Assembly (NCBI GenBank): GCA_050298055.1
Contig: JBNKTL010000013.1
Coordinates: forward strand, 5,979 to 69,978
DNA: 64,000 bases
Direction: 5' to 3'
Origin: Spirochaetota bacterium
Lineage (GTDB): Bacteria > Spirochaetota > UBA4802 > UBA5550
Numbering within the stretch: position 1 is the stretch's first letter; every line of letters begins with the position of its first letter. This document shows positions 20,541 through 32,065 of this stretch, in pieces. The translations under genes were made by a program, and so were the position numbers. The notes beneath the pieces are model-generated. The model made no database searches and was not told the DNA's origin. It was given only the letters and a program-made list of their open reading frames with translations.

Positions 20541-22151
20541 CTAGACATCTTCCTCGGATTTCCTGTGAAGCTTATTTGCATGCTCCAGAATCTCACCGGA
20601 AGATTCTGAAAGAACACGCACATTATCCACCATCCTGTTTACGATAGAGGTAAGGTGCTGTACCGCTTCGTTGCTGGATACAATGGCCCGTTTCTGTTCC
20701 TCAGTTCCCTGGCCGATTGACCGCGCGAGTTCAATGTTCTTCCCCATCTGGTTTATGACTTTGTCAATATAATTTTCTTCGGTGATTATGCTGTCCTTGA
20801 GCTTTTGGATATGGCCGGTGCTTTCCTCGATATTTGCGATCATCTTCCTGATCATTCCGGCAGTGGTATTTATCACGCCTACGCTTTCAGAGGTTGTACT
20901 GTCACTTTCAGCCACTACCTGCTCAATCTCCTTTATGCTCTCGGAGGTCCGGAACGCAAGTTTTCCGATCTCATCGGCCACAACGGCAAATCCTCTCCCC
21001 TGCTCTCCGGCCCGTGCGGCCTCTATGCTGGCATTAAGGGAGAGGAGGTTGATCTGGTCGGCAATTTCCACAATGATATTTGTTGTGTTCCTTATCAACT
21101 CCCCCTGTTCCTTAATCCTGTTCATTGCCTTTTCTACCTCACCGATCCTCTCATTTGCCGTATTGGTCTGCTCCATAACAGAGCTGATTCTGGAATCGGT
21201 GGAGTCGAGATTTACCATGGTCTCATTCTTCACTGACTTGTATTCGTTAATGATTGCTTCCATATCCATATTTCCGTTGAGCTGCAGTATGGACGAATCA
21301 TGGATCCCCCCGGCCGACGCCTCCAGCTCTTCAAGGGTCGCTGAGATCTCCTCAAAGGTTGAGGACTGCTCATTAATCTTATCATTAAAATCCTCAACAA
21401 GACGGTTTAACTCCTCCACCCTCCGGAAAAGGGCGCCCATGCTCTCCTTTATTTCCCGGGAAATGTCCTCCCTCTTTTCAAGATGCTCCTCAATTTCACA
21501 GGTCTGCGCGTATGCTCTGCTGTCATATTCACGAATAATCGGAATATTCCTGTATGAGATATAGGCAATCAACAATGATACTATGATATAAAAGACCTCC
21601 CGCAGAATGATGACACCATGAATCAACTCGCTTCCCCGTGTAGCGAAGAAATACATCTCGGCGCCTCTGGAATACGCAAGAATAAAAAACAGTATCCAGT
21701 TAAGGAACCCGTAGAGAGCAAAAACAATAAAGAGCCTTCTGTTGTGAAGCAGCTGGAGCATTACAATAAGGACCACAAGGAGAATTGAAGAGTTGTACGA
21801 TTCTGCCGCAAAGGTCCAGGCATCGGGTGTCCATCCGCCGCTTTTCACCAGGCTATACTTTGCAGCTATGGGAATGCTTATGATAATAAAAGCGGTTATC
21901 CAGGGGTAGACTCCCGCCGGGGCCTTTGATTTCTTCTTTCTGAATATGATATACGCAAGGACTATTGACACCGACATGGGGATCAGCGGGCGTATCACAC
22001 CCATAATTTCAACCCTGGCAATGATCTGAAAGCCCGCAGCTAATGCTGTGAGAACAACCATGAGTATAAAATACATGAAACTGCCCTTAATCTCAAGTAC
22101 ATCCAGTGCTGAGAATTTATTTTTCTTTTTATTCATATGACCTGTTAACAT
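20541..22151 (-). CDS. Methyl-accepting chemotaxis protein with multi-TM sensor
   Basis: [29 protein letters not shown]; about 6 TM at N-terminus. Confidence 0.92.
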   Translation of the reverse strand: MLTGHMNKKKNKFSALDVLEIKGSFMYFILMVVLTALAAGFQIIARVEIMGVIRPLIPMSVSIVLAYIIFRKKKSKAPAGVYPWITAFIIISIPIAAKYSLVKSGGWTPDAWTFAAESYNSSILLVVLIVMLQLLHNRRLFIVFALYGFLNWILFFILAYSRGAEMYFFATRGSELIHGVIILREVFYIIVSLLIAYISYRNIPIIREYDSRAYAQTCEIEEHLEKREDISREIKESMGALFRRVEELNRLVEDFNDKINEQSSTFEEISATLEELEASAGGIHDSSILQLNGNMDMEAIINEYKSVKNETMVNLDSTDSRISSVMEQTNTANERIGEVEKAMNRIKEQGELIRNTTNIIVEIADQINLLSLNASIEAARAGEQGRGFAVVADEIGKLAFRTSESIKEIEQVVAESDSTTSESVGVINTTAGMIRKMIANIEESTGHIQKLKDSIITEENYIDKVINQMGKNIELARSIGQGTEEQKRAIVSSNEAVQHLTSIVNRMVDNVRVLSESSGEILEHANKLHRKSEEDV

Positions 22152-22487
22152 TCAAAATATTTATTGTTGTATTAGTTAAATTTAATCACTCTTTTTATAT
22201 TTTGCGTAACGACCCGGCAGTATGGCTAAAATAATAGTATGTAATAAAACCAATATCTCCCCACCGCCCACTGCGGCGAAATAAAGATACACCATTAAGT
22301 AGTTACTGTTTTCCTCTCTAAATATTTCATTGACAACAATGGAATTATCTATTATCAATAGATTTGTTATCAACATGACAGTGCATTTAACATATTTTGG
22401 AATATTATTAAATTCCCTGATGCAGATGTCAAAAAGAATATCCAATAATTTTTATAATGTCAATAATAATCCTTCAGGTAGAATGCC

Positions 22488-24770
22488 ATGAATACTCTCA
22501 CAAAGACAGAAACCACCGGAGATTTCAGGATCAGTGATTACAGGAAGAGGGCCGAATATCACATTGACGAAGTGAAAAAAAACGGTGGAATTAAAGAGGC
22601 TCTCTATTCAAAAAAAAATATAAAAAGCGACAGCGTCGCCTACAGTTACCTCTCCGCATACCTGACCTTTCTTGAAAATGACCTGGGAAAAGAAACTGCC
22701 GAATCGGTTATAAGAACCATTGGATTCAGCAGTGATGATCTTGAAGTGATCTACAAAAAGCCCTTCAATAAATGCAGCTACCAGTTAAAGCTGGCGGTCC
22801 AGTATTTCGTCCTTTCCTGTTACGAGCAATACGATTTTGATCATATAAGAAAAGTCGATAAAACCATATCACTCAGGACAATATCCTTTAAACTCAACCT
22901 GTTGAGGAAGGGTTCCCTCCAGTTCATGATTGTTCCCATGTATATAATCGGAAAGCTCGCAGGAAAATTCACATCCAAGTATACCACCGGGACTCTGGGA
23001 GATTCGGAGCATACTACAGGGATGTTCAGCAGGAAGAAAATTCTGCAGATCCACTTTACAGACCATTTTCCAAAAATATTTTACCCGGAGTTAAAGCGCC
23101 CGGACAAGCTGAAAGTAAACGGAAAAGAGTACAGACCGGGAGTTGAAACAATTTACGAAAGAGGGCTTTCCGACTCGTTTTTTGTCTTTTCGGCCATGTG
23201 GAACACACTGGGAATACTCTATTTTAAGAACCTCTATATGAACTCCGGTATCAGCATAATGGAACTTCCCCTTCTCCCCGACCAGTTTCCGCAATTCCTG
23301 GACGGCAGGCAGTACCTGATGAACAGCCGGGGGACATTTTACGATGTGGAAGATCCGGAGAAAAAGCCGCTGCTTGATTCACTGGGTAAGGAAGTCCACT
23401 ACGGCAGCAAGTCCACATTTGCCTTTGACAGCCGGAACAGGATCATCAGGGGACTGAACAGCAGCAGTATCGATACCGATGAATCTGTTACAAATGTTAT
23501 TCTGATAAACAGCGACAGGACAAAGTTCAGGGTCCATTACGATATGCTCATGCCCTGGCAGAAATTCAATGTATCAGTGGCGGCAGACTTGAGAAATGAA
23601 ATCAAACAGGCAACAGGCCGTGAACTCGTTACAATGGGCTACGGCGAAGTGAAAAATGTTCTGCAAAAGAACTTCAGCCGTGAATTAAAAAATCAGAAGA
23701 GATTGAGACGAAGCGGAAGAAGATTTGTCGTACCGGCCGGAATTCTTTCCGCTGCCGCCTCATTTATTCTCATGGAGTACTATCCGCCCCTTCTTCCACT
23801 CCTGCTTTTCATATCGGGTCTGCTCATTACAGGGGGGATATGCCTCGATATTTACATGAACTTTCTCAGAAGAGTCAAAGCCCTTAATGCGGAAGACACC
23901 GCTGACTACAGAGAGAGGGAGAAATTTCTGCTGGGTAAACTGGAAAAAGAAAAATCCAATGCCGTGAATACAGCAGATAAAACACTGGAAATTTTCAACA
24001 GGACCATTGATGAGATGAAACAGACCTCCCGGTCAACATCAGAAATACTCACCGGGCTGGAGGAGTTTACCCGGTCGAACCAGACAAATGTCGAGGCCCA
24101 GGACAAACTCCAGCGTATTGTTAATGACCTGGTAACACTGGTTAATAACCTCAACAAATCAACGGAGGTCCTCATGAACGACCTTGTTAACCAGATTAAC
24201 AGTTCTTTTCGCGAGATAAGGGAAGCAGCGGAAGAGAACAACAGGCACACACAGGTCCTGATAAAGGAAACAGGGAAGATAACCGAATCACAGAAGGTAC
24301 TGGATGAGATCTCCGAACAGATTAATCTCCTCAGCCTCAATGCCAGTATCGAAGCGGCCCGGGCGGGGGAGCAGGGGAGGGGATTTGCCGTTGTTGCCGA
24401 TGAAGTAAGCAAACTTGCGGAAAAATCCCAGGATGGAGTAAAGGAGATCAGCATGGTGAACAAAACCGTTCAGTCGGGGATTAAGAGCATTACGGATAAA
24501 AACATTAATACCATAAACCTCCTGAAAAACGTAAACAGCGACGTATCAAGGATGCTTGAATCAATACATGGAGAGATAAAAAAACTCCCCAAAGATGTTG
24601 TCCGGCTTGTTGATACCGCATCCTCAGAAGTGGAAAAGATTGCCGCTGTCTCCGAAGAACTGACCGCGAGCATAGAAGAGATAACCGCCAACGTTGATTC
24701 AATAAATAAAAACAGCGCCCAGACAATCAGCCAGATAGAACGGGAAAAGGAAGAACTTGCGGAACAATAG
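22488..24770 (+). CDS. Methyl-accepting chemotaxis protein with large N-terminal soluble domain
   Basis: MCP hairpin motif; TM pair only at about aa 412-455. Confidence 0.88.
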   Translation: MNTLTKTETTGDFRISDYRKRAEYHIDEVKKNGGIKEALYSKKNIKSDSVAYSYLSAYLTFLENDLGKETAESVIRTIGFSSDDLEVIYKKPFNKCSYQLKLAVQYFVLSCYEQYDFDHIRKVDKTISLRTISFKLNLLRKGSLQFMIVPMYIIGKLAGKFTSKYTTGTLGDSEHTTGMFSRKKILQIHFTDHFPKIFYPELKRPDKLKVNGKEYRPGVETIYERGLSDSFFVFSAMWNTLGILYFKNLYMNSGISIMELPLLPDQFPQFLDGRQYLMNSRGTFYDVEDPEKKPLLDSLGKEVHYGSKSTFAFDSRNRIIRGLNSSSIDTDESVTNVILINSDRTKFRVHYDMLMPWQKFNVSVAADLRNEIKQATGRELVTMGYGEVKNVLQKNFSRELKNQKRLRRSGRRFVVPAGILSAAASFILMEYYPPLLPLLLFISGLLITGGICLDIYMNFLRRVKALNAEDTADYREREKFLLGKLEKEKSNAVNTADKTLEIFNRTIDEMKQTSRSTSEILTGLEEFTRSNQTNVEAQDKLQRIVNDLVTLVNNLNKSTEVLMNDLVNQINSSFREIREAAEENNRHTQVLIKETGKITESQKVLDEISEQINLLSLNASIEAARAGEQGRGFAVVADEVSKLAEKSQDGVKEISMVNKTVQSGIKSITDKNINTINLLKNVNSDVSRMLESIHGEIKKLPKDVVRLVDTASSEVEKIAAVSEELTASIEEITANVDSINKNSAQTISQIEREKEELAEQ

Positions 24771-24869
24771 TACTTCGACTGCGTGATTTTTAACTAATTT
24801 CAAAATGTAACGACTGAATGAATCAGGGGTTACAAAATTTTATCGGTGTAAAATCACGCGGGCTCAGTA
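24771..24869. mobile_element. MITE family B, copy 2
   Basis: TACTTCGACTGCGTGATTTT...AAAATCACGCGGGCTCAGTA directly after a TAG stop. Confidence 0.8.
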
Positions 24870-24879
24870 CCAGGAGTTC

Positions 24880-25314
24880 TTACCTGTACTTCCCGATCTC
24901 ACCTCTGGCAAGCTCGTCGCACCTCTCGTTCTCAGGGTGGCCGCTGTGGCCCTTGATCCACTTCCACTGAATATCATGCTTCTGTGAGAGTTTCCAGAGC
25001 TCTTCCCAGAGTTCCCTGTTCTTGACATTTTTTTTTGCCGACGTCTTCCAGTTGTTCCTCATCCAGGTGTGGATCCATTTGGTAATGCCATTCTTTACAT
25101 ATTCCGAATCTGTAGTAATCTCAAGATTGCATTGCTCATTCAGGGCCCTGAGGGCCTCGATGACCGCAGTGAGCTCCATCCTGTTGTTGGTTGTCTGTTT
25201 CTCTCCTCCTGAGAGTTCTTTCTCCGTACCGTTGAACCTGAGCAGGGCCCCCCAGCCCCCCGGACCGGGATTCCCGCTGCACGCGCCATCCGTATATATA
25301 TACACTTTCTTCAT
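24880..25314 (-). CDS. rnhA: Ribonuclease HI
   Basis: [38 protein letters not shown]. Confidence 0.97.
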   Translation of the reverse strand: MKKVYIYTDGACSGNPGPGGWGALLRFNGTEKELSGGEKQTTNNRMELTAVIEALRALNEQCNLEITTDSEYVKNGITKWIHTWMRNNWKTSAKKNVKNRELWEELWKLSQKHDIQWKWIKGHSGHPENERCDELARGEIGKYR

Positions 25315-25388
25315 AGACAAACCTTTAGTATTTTTGAATTTTATTTTCCACAAAAAAGTTTCGGGTTCCGGGTTTCAAGTTTAAGACT

Positions 25389-25526
25389 CTGTCATCATGA
25401 GGAACGAAGTGACGTAATGATCTGTTCCCTCAATTCATTCAGTTATTTTTATACTGTTTGTGTCGCTTCGCTGCCTGTAACAACCGCAATTTAATACAGA
25501 TAGCTACGCTGCGCTCGCTATGACAG
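25389..25526. repeat. REP-like composite palindrome, family C copy 1
   Basis: CTGTCATCATGAGGAACGAAGTGACGTAATGATC...GATAGCTACGCTGCGCTCGCTATGACAG. Confidence 0.75.
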
Positions 25527-25573
25527 TACTATGAAAATACAAAACACGTAACCTGGAACTTGCAACCTGAAAC

Positions 25574-26284
25574 TTATCTCTGACCCATCAACTCACTGAC
25601 TTTCCCTTCTATACTCTCCGCCAATATCCTGTAACCCTTTTCCGTAAGGTGCAGATAATCAAACATGATATCCCTGTTCACCACTCCTTCGCCATTCAGG
25701 AATTTTTTTCCTATGTTCAGGGTGAAGACATTTTTCCTGTCCCGGAATTTCGATATTATACTGTTGCATTTATCGATAAGGACTCTTTTTCTGTTAAATC
25801 CCCTGCCCCGGGGAAAAATATTTAAAAGGAGTATCTTTGTACACGGTGTTTTCTCCCCGATTATATCAAGGACCCTTTTTATCCCAGCAGCAATTTCAGC
25901 AGGTGAATTTTCACCGATATTGTTTGTTCCTATTAGAACAACCGCAAGTGCGGGCTTGATCTTCTCATAGTTCCCGTTCTGAAGTCTCCAGATGAGGTTT
26001 TGTGTCCTGTCTCCCCAGATCCCGAGATTCAGGGCCTTTCTCCCGGAGTAGTATTTTTTCCAGACCCTCTTCCCGGCCTTTTCCCATCCCTGTGTGATGG
26101 AATCACCCATAAAAACAAGCCGTGCGTCACCGGCGGACACATTCTCCTTTATCAATGAAAACCTCTCCCGCCACCACTGTGCATCGACCGGGACAGGCTT
26201 TACTGCAGCCTGTTCTTCCTTACAGCCGCCGGATAAGAGTGTTAAGGATAAAAGAAAGAAGAACAACAATTTATTTCCCGTCAT
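25574..26284 (-). CDS. SGNH/GDSL hydrolase lipoprotein (PAF-AH Ib-like)
   Basis: GDSIT, GIWGD, IGTNN, DYLH; SGGC lipobox-like. Confidence 0.88.
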   Translation of the reverse strand: MTGNKLLFFFLLSLTLLSGGCKEEQAAVKPVPVDAQWWRERFSLIKENVSAGDARLVFMGDSITQGWEKAGKRVWKKYYSGRKALNLGIWGDRTQNLIWRLQNGNYEKIKPALAVVLIGTNNIGENSPAEIAAGIKRVLDIIGEKTPCTKILLLNIFPRGRGFNRKRVLIDKCNSIISKFRDRKNVFTLNIGKKFLNGEGVVNRDIMFDYLHLTEKGYRILAESIEGKVSELMGQR

Positions 26285-26424
26285 TTCAGATCCCTCTCGC
26301 AGGGAAATCGAATAAAATTAATCTCCTCATAAAAAAATCATATCCGAAAAATAACCCTTGAATATTAATAGTGCAAAACTCCCTTTTAACAGGACAAATA
26401 TCAAGTATCTTTTTCACCGGGAAC

Positions 26425-29256
26425 ATGAACAGGAACCTTTTACTCATTGCCGTAACATTTGCCGCGTCTCTTCTCCTTTTCTCTTATCTTGACAGTGTAT
26501 ACCTTTCGGACCATACAAACCGGCTGGTACCCGCAATTGATGAACTTATCCCCGCATGGCCTGTCCCTGTAAAAGAAAAGAAAAAAATTCACCCGCAAGG
26601 AGAGGAAGAGACAAAAAATCCTCTTGTTGCCGGTAAGGAAAAATCCCGCCTCGGGAACTTCTTCCGGAAACTGAAGAAACTGGAAGAGGGTAAAACAGAG
26701 ACCGTACGGATCATCCACTTCGGGGACTCCCTGCTCTGGGGAGACAACCTCACACACAGGCTGAAAAAGCATTTCCAGGACCGGTTCAGGGACGGGGGAA
26801 GGGGCCTGATCCCCGCAGTACAGTTTCCCCGGACACGGTTTAAAGACCTGGGAAACAGGACAATGGAGTCAGGGTTCCAAAGTTTTCACCTGGAACACCT
26901 TTTCGTCAAAGATGGGAGGATCAGGCTGGAACCGGAAACCAGGCCGGACCTCGGCATTACCGGTGAGAGTTCACGGCCCCTCTCCCTGAATTCAAAAATA
27001 AGGTTCTTTCAGCCGGAAGGAAAAAAGAAGTGGCGGAGAGTAGAGGTTTTACTCCGCTCACCCTGCCGGGAGAGGGAGGACCTCTTTGGCTACAGAATTA
27101 ATGTAAGGCATGACAGCGGAGAATTATCCGAAAAAATCGAGCTTCCCCGGGATACAAGCAGGTTAATCTCCTTTCCTATTCCTCCCTCATCAGCTATCGA
27201 GATCGACTTCAGGGGATCAGGACTGCCGCTTCCCTATATCGACGCCGTAAATCTTGAAACCGGCGGGGGCGTGGTCTACGATACCGTTATTAAAACGGGA
27301 ATCCACATGTCCTGGCTCAAGGCTATTCCCGAGAAACACTTTACCTATGCCCTGGAAAAGGCCCGGCCCGACCTTATGATTTTCCAGTTCGGCATTAACG
27401 AATCCGCAAGCATGAAAGCCTTTGGCAGTTTCACACCCGAACTCTACCGCCGGCAGATGAGAAGTTTTCTCAGCCTGCTCAAAAAAAAGATACCCCATAC
27501 GGATATTCTCCTCTTCGGCCCTCTTGAGAGACAGGAGAAACTTAACGGCAGACTGCAGCCAATGAAGGAGGTCCTCCGGATCAGGGAGATTCAGAGAGAA
27601 GAAGCGGATAGACTGGGCATGGCGTTTTTTGACACCTACGGGGCCCTGGGAGGTGAAGACCAGATGAAGAAACTGGTTGGCCGGCACCTGGCAATGGATG
27701 ACTATACCCACCTCACCCTCAGTGGCGGAGATTATCTCGCCGATATTTTTTATCATTCACTGACCGCTTCATACGGGGAATTTTGCGGAAAAGAAGCGGA
27801 AAGGAAACAGCTGGAGGAGATCAGGCTCAGAAAGGAGAAGAATATTCCCATACAGTTCAACTCCAGCTCCTACGCCTGGTTTCTCCTGATTGTCATTATT
27901 CTTACACTGATGTTTCACAGGATGCCCGGTTACAGGATCTTTATCCTCCTTCTGGCTTCATACTACTTCTATGCCACCTGGAAACTCTGGCCCCTTATCC
28001 TCATCATCGGCTCTACACTGATCGATTATTTCTGCGGTATCCGGATACAGAAGATGAGGCTCAGGCTCAAGAGAGGGACCCCTTACCTGCTCCTTTCACT
28101 TACGGGGAACCTCGGCCTTCTCTTTGTTTTTAAGTATTTCGATTTCCTTTCAAACATCCTGGAAAAGGTCATACGCAGTGCCGGGTTTGCTCTCGACCTT
28201 CCGGTGATGGACGTGGTCCTTCCCGTGGGAATATCATTCTACACCTTCCAGACCCTCTCGTATACCATAGATATATGGAGGGGGCAGATGAAACCGGAGA
28301 GGAACTTTTTAAAGTTTGCTCTCTATGTTTCCTTTTTCCCCCAGCTGGTTGCCGGCCCCATTGTCAGGGCAAAGGACTTTATCACCCGGCTGGACAGTGA
28401 CAACAGGCACTTCAGTGTGGACTCGGAGAAGGTGTCCGCGGCGCTCTTTCTCATCCTTACCGGGCTGGTAAAAAAGATCGGCGCGGACTGGCTGGCCGTT
28501 AATATCATCGACCGGGTCTATGACAACCCGGGGATGTTCACCTCCGCGGAGACACTCACCGCGGTCTATGCCTACGGGCTCCAGATATACGGCGACTTTT
28601 CCGGCTACACAGACATCGCCCTGGGAAGCGCCATGCTCCTGGGATACAACCTCACGGAGAACTTTAACAGGCCTTACGCGTCTCTCTCTGTTACCGACTT
28701 CTGGCGCAGGTGGCATATCTCCCTGGGAAGCTGGTTCAGGGATTATCTCTATATCAGCCTGGGAGGCAACCGGAAACGTGTCTCTTTCAACCTCTTCATC
28801 ACCATGCTTCTCTGCGGGCTCTGGCACGGTGCCGGTATTAATTTTGTTCTCTGGGGGATTTACCACGGAGCATTTCTGATACTGGAGAGGCATTTCAAAA
28901 TATCATCGGCACCGGTAAAGGGATGGACGGCATTTTTCAGAAGGTTCCTGGCATTCCACATTGTCATTTTCGGATGGATAATTTTCCGGGCGGCCTCCTG
29001 GAACAATTTCACGGGTATCATGGATTCCCTTTCGGCAATGAACTTTAACACGCGGAACCTGGACCCGGTACTTCTTTCCACGGTTGTCCTTTTTTATCTC
29101 TACCACCTTACTCCTGTGAGCTGGAAAGACGCCGCGGGCAGGTTCTGGGAGCGGCTTGCGCCGCCGGTACAGGGTTTCGCAACGGCACTGGTTTTTCTGT
29201 TTCTCTACAACATAACCATATCGGACGTAAGGCCCTTTATCTACTTTCAGTTTTAA
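26425..29256 (+). CDS. Fused SGNH acetyltransferase + MBOAT O-acyltransferase (PatB/PatA- or AlgJ/AlgI-like)
   Basis: N-half GDSL, FGINE, DYTH; C-half LPVGISFYTFQ, IYGDFSGYTD, FWRRWHISL, GLWHGA, terminal PFIYFQF; ATG at 26425. Confidence 0.88.
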   Translation: MNRNLLLIAVTFAASLLLFSYLDSVYLSDHTNRLVPAIDELIPAWPVPVKEKKKIHPQGEEETKNPLVAGKEKSRLGNFFRKLKKLEEGKTETVRIIHFGDSLLWGDNLTHRLKKHFQDRFRDGGRGLIPAVQFPRTRFKDLGNRTMESGFQSFHLEHLFVKDGRIRLEPETRPDLGITGESSRPLSLNSKIRFFQPEGKKKWRRVEVLLRSPCREREDLFGYRINVRHDSGELSEKIELPRDTSRLISFPIPPSSAIEIDFRGSGLPLPYIDAVNLETGGGVVYDTVIKTGIHMSWLKAIPEKHFTYALEKARPDLMIFQFGINESASMKAFGSFTPELYRRQMRSFLSLLKKKIPHTDILLFGPLERQEKLNGRLQPMKEVLRIREIQREEADRLGMAFFDTYGALGGEDQMKKLVGRHLAMDDYTHLTLSGGDYLADIFYHSLTASYGEFCGKEAERKQLEEIRLRKEKNIPIQFNSSSYAWFLLIVIILTLMFHRMPGYRIFILLLASYYFYATWKLWPLILIIGSTLIDYFCGIRIQKMRLRLKRGTPYLLLSLTGNLGLLFVFKYFDFLSNILEKVIRSAGFALDLPVMDVVLPVGISFYTFQTLSYTIDIWRGQMKPERNFLKFALYVSFFPQLVAGPIVRAKDFITRLDSDNRHFSVDSEKVSAALFLILTGLVKKIGADWLAVNIIDRVYDNPGMFTSAETLTAVYAYGLQIYGDFSGYTDIALGSAMLLGYNLTENFNRPYASLSVTDFWRRWHISLGSWFRDYLYISLGGNRKRVSFNLFITMLLCGLWHGAGINFVLWGIYHGAFLILERHFKISSAPVKGWTAFFRRFLAFHIVIFGWIIFRAASWNNFTGIMDSLSAMNFNTRNLDPVLLSTVVLFYLYHLTPVSWKDAAGRFWERLAPPVQGFATALVFLFLYNITISDVRPFIYFQF

Positions 29257-29287
29257 GTTCATTTTTTTTGAAAACATGCCCCGTTTT

Positions 29288-29367
29288 TTGGAGAAGGCGG
29301 GATCATTTGGAGAAGGCGGGGTCACATGACCCCCCCTTCTCCAAAAAATATGCCCCGCCTTCTCCAA
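29288..29367. repeat. REP cluster (family E) upstream of RAYT
   Basis: TTGGAGAAGGCGGGGTCACATGACCCCCCCTTCTCCAA plus two half copies. Confidence 0.85.
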
Positions 29368-29454
29368 AAAAAATCCATCAAAAATAAAATTTTTTTTTTA
29401 TTTTTTTCCTCTCTCAATCGTATTAATTAAAAATATAACTTGGATTAAATAATT

Positions 29455-29901
29455 ATGAAATTACATAGGAATTCACAAAAGAGATACTATATAAATGGAG
29501 CCATATACTTTATCACAACTGTAACATATGACAGATACCCATATTTTCAAGATGAGATTCTTTGCAGATTTTTTATTGAAGATCTTTACTTATGCAAAGA
29601 TTTGAAAAAATTTGAATTATATGGATATTCTATTATTCCAGATCATGTGCACCTGCTAATTCAACCTGGAAATGATTTTACTATTTCAGAAATAATGAGG
29701 TCATTAAAAACAAATTTTTCAAGGAACATTAATAAAATTATGCCTTATAAATTCAAATGGCAACAATCTTTTCATGATCATATAATAAGAAACGGGGCCG
29801 ATTATCAAAACCATGTGAATTACATCAAGAATCAAGTGAATATACATGATCTTCATGACGATATGTGGATGTGGGTTTCTTCCGAAGGCGGGGTCACGTG
29901 A
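29455..29901 (+). mobile_element. REP-associated tyrosine transposase (RAYT, IS200/Y1 HUH family)
   Basis: YFITTVT, IPDHVHLL (HUH), WQQSFHDHIIR...NYI; AT-rich; flanked by REPs. Confidence 0.9.
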
Positions 29902-29915
29902 CCCCGCCTTCGGAA
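29880..29915. repeat. Perfect 36-bp REP palindrome (family E)
   Basis: TTCCGAAGGCGGGGTCACGTGACCCCGCCTTCGGAA. Confidence 0.9.
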
Positions 29916-30111
29916 AGCACACCCCCCACCTTCGGAAAAAATAATACCGTCGTCATGCAATAATTCTTCGGCAAATTTATGGGATTTAATTCTTGATTGA
30001 CACGACCTGAATAAATAATATAGTGCAGAAAGTTCTGTTCGCTGAAGTGTTAGGAGAGAGCGCAGCATAATAAACAGGGGAATACCTTCACCGGCTACTT
30101 AATCGAAAAAT

Positions 30112-31080
30112 ATGCTTAACCAGGAAAACAAAATACTTCTTTTGAATAAAGTTGATATATTCTCTCCGTTGAAAATCTATGAGCTTGATATCATTGCCCG
30201 GTACAGTGAATATGTCAGGTATAAGAAGGGTGATGTTATCTTTGCCCAGGACTCGGAATCCGACGGGCTCTATGTCATAGAAAGCGGAAGAGTGGGAATT
30301 GTCAGGAGAGAAAGCCGGGACAAATTTATGGTTGCCCAGATCATGTCCGGGGAGTCTTTCGGTGAACTTGACTTTTTCGGAAAGAGCAACAGGAGCGCGA
30401 CGTCTTTTGCCGAGGAAGACACAACCGCATTAAAATTTCCCGCATCGGGCCAGAAGAGCAATCTTATTTTTCAAAAACACGCGTATATATCCGCCCGGAT
30501 GCTGTTAAAGCTTCACCGGATTATTTCAGAAAGGATCAGGAAGATCAATGAGCACCTGAACGAAAAAACAGACTGGCTGAAGGACCTTCGCAAGCAGCTC
30601 TACCAGGACAAGATAACCGGTCTCTATAACAGGGAATTTCTCAACGAAGATTTTATCAAACAGCTCCCCGATCCCGGAAAAGATGCCGCGTTTATTATGA
30701 TTAAACCCGATAACTTCAAGCTTATAAACGATAAATACGGGCATACTGCCGGCGATAACGCCCTTAACCTGCTCTCAATTTTCTTCCAGTCGGAACTGGG
30801 TGAAAACGATATAGGAATTCGGCACAGGGGGGATGAATACGCGGCCCTTCTCGCGGATACGGACAAAAACAGGGCTGTAAAGAGGGCAAAGGAGATCGGT
30901 GCCGCCCTTAAATCCATAGACCTCACGGGGATAACAGGCCCCGGTTCAATAAGCATCAGCGTGAGTATCGGAATATCCCTCTATCCCCTGAATACAACAA
31001 ACAGCCAAATGCTTGTTGATATAGCATACAACAGGATGATGAAGGCGCGAAGCGCCGGGGGCAACAGGATCTGCATCTGA
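30112..31080 (+). CDS. cNMP-binding + degenerate GGDEF protein
   Basis: FGEL...RSAT cNMP motif; KPDNFK and RGDEY replace DxDxFK and GGDEF. Confidence 0.85.
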   Translation: MLNQENKILLLNKVDIFSPLKIYELDIIARYSEYVRYKKGDVIFAQDSESDGLYVIESGRVGIVRRESRDKFMVAQIMSGESFGELDFFGKSNRSATSFAEEDTTALKFPASGQKSNLIFQKHAYISARMLLKLHRIISERIRKINEHLNEKTDWLKDLRKQLYQDKITGLYNREFLNEDFIKQLPDPGKDAAFIMIKPDNFKLINDKYGHTAGDNALNLLSIFFQSELGENDIGIRHRGDEYAALLADTDKNRAVKRAKEIGAALKSIDLTGITGPGSISISVSIGISLYPLNTTNSQMLVDIAYNRMMKARSAGGNRICI

Positions 31081-31081
31081 T

Positions 31082-32053
31082 ATGCGAAAGATGAAAGAGA
31101 TATTCAACGAACTGGCGCTCTTTTCAGGGATCAGCACTGAAAAGGTCAAAGAGATAGAGCCGTATTTTAAACTGAAAACCTTCGGGAAAGACGAGCTGAT
31201 AATATCCCGGGATGACGATCTGAAGACTCTTTTCATCGTGGTCAGCGGATATGTGGCAAGCACACTGAATATTCCCGGGCACATGGACCGAAAACTGAGA
31301 GATTATCTGCCGGGAGATTTCTTCGGGGGAAGTTCACTTTTCGGGGACATGCCGGCCACCGATACCTGCTATTCCCGGGAAGAGACAGAGCTCCTCACAC
31401 TGGGTGATGCAGAGCTTTCAGAGATGATTGAAAAGAACCCGGAAACAGCCGTTGACGTCCTCTCTCACCTCCTCGGTATGACCATACAGCGGTTCAGAAA
31501 ATCAAGCAGGTTTCTTGCCGATGTTCTACAATGGGGAGAGAACGCCAGCAGACGCATTATAACAGATGAATTGACCGGGGTATATAACAGGGCGTTTCTC
31601 GATGACGCGGTAGAGAATTTTTTCAACATCTCACAGAGCAATAAAAAACCGCTGTCTCTTTTCATGATGGATATAGATGACTTCAGGGCCATCAACGATA
31701 CCCACGGGCATGACACCGGCAACAGGATCATTATTGAATTCGCGAAGATTATAAAAGAGATCATCAGCAAACATGGAATAATCGCGCGCTATGGGGGAGA
31801 TGAGTTTGCCATTCTTCTCCCTGAAGCGGGCCTGGAAAAAGCGGAAAAGATAGCGGAAGAGCTCCGGAAGAGGATTGAGTCCCATTATTTCTCAGGTCCG
31901 GAGAAAACGAAAAAATTTGTTCTCACAACCAGTATCGGGATAAGCTGCCTTCCGGAAACCGCAACCGATATCACCACTTTCAAAGAGAAAGCCGATTCCT
32001 CCCTCTACCTTGCAAAAGAACAGGGAAAGAACAGGATCGCCATTGTTTTTTGA
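31082..32053 (+). CDS. cNMP-like + GGDEF diguanylate cyclase
   Basis: DIDDFR, RYGGDEF, ADSSLYLAKEQGKN. Confidence 0.88.
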   Translation: MRKMKEIFNELALFSGISTEKVKEIEPYFKLKTFGKDELIISRDDDLKTLFIVVSGYVASTLNIPGHMDRKLRDYLPGDFFGGSSLFGDMPATDTCYSREETELLTLGDAELSEMIEKNPETAVDVLSHLLGMTIQRFRKSSRFLADVLQWGENASRRIITDELTGVYNRAFLDDAVENFFNISQSNKKPLSLFMMDIDDFRAINDTHGHDTGNRIIIEFAKIIKEIISKHGIIARYGGDEFAILLPEAGLEKAEKIAEELRKRIESHYFSGPEKTKKFVLTTSIGISCLPETATDITTFKEKADSSLYLAKEQGKNRIAIVF

Positions 32054-32065
32054 AGACGGCGTTTC

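Noticed and set aside
18345..21564. Long antisense ORFs (18345-18848, 18907-19761, 20782-21564) and similar shadows elsewhere
   Set aside because: They lie opposite well-supported genes and show no recognisable motifs.
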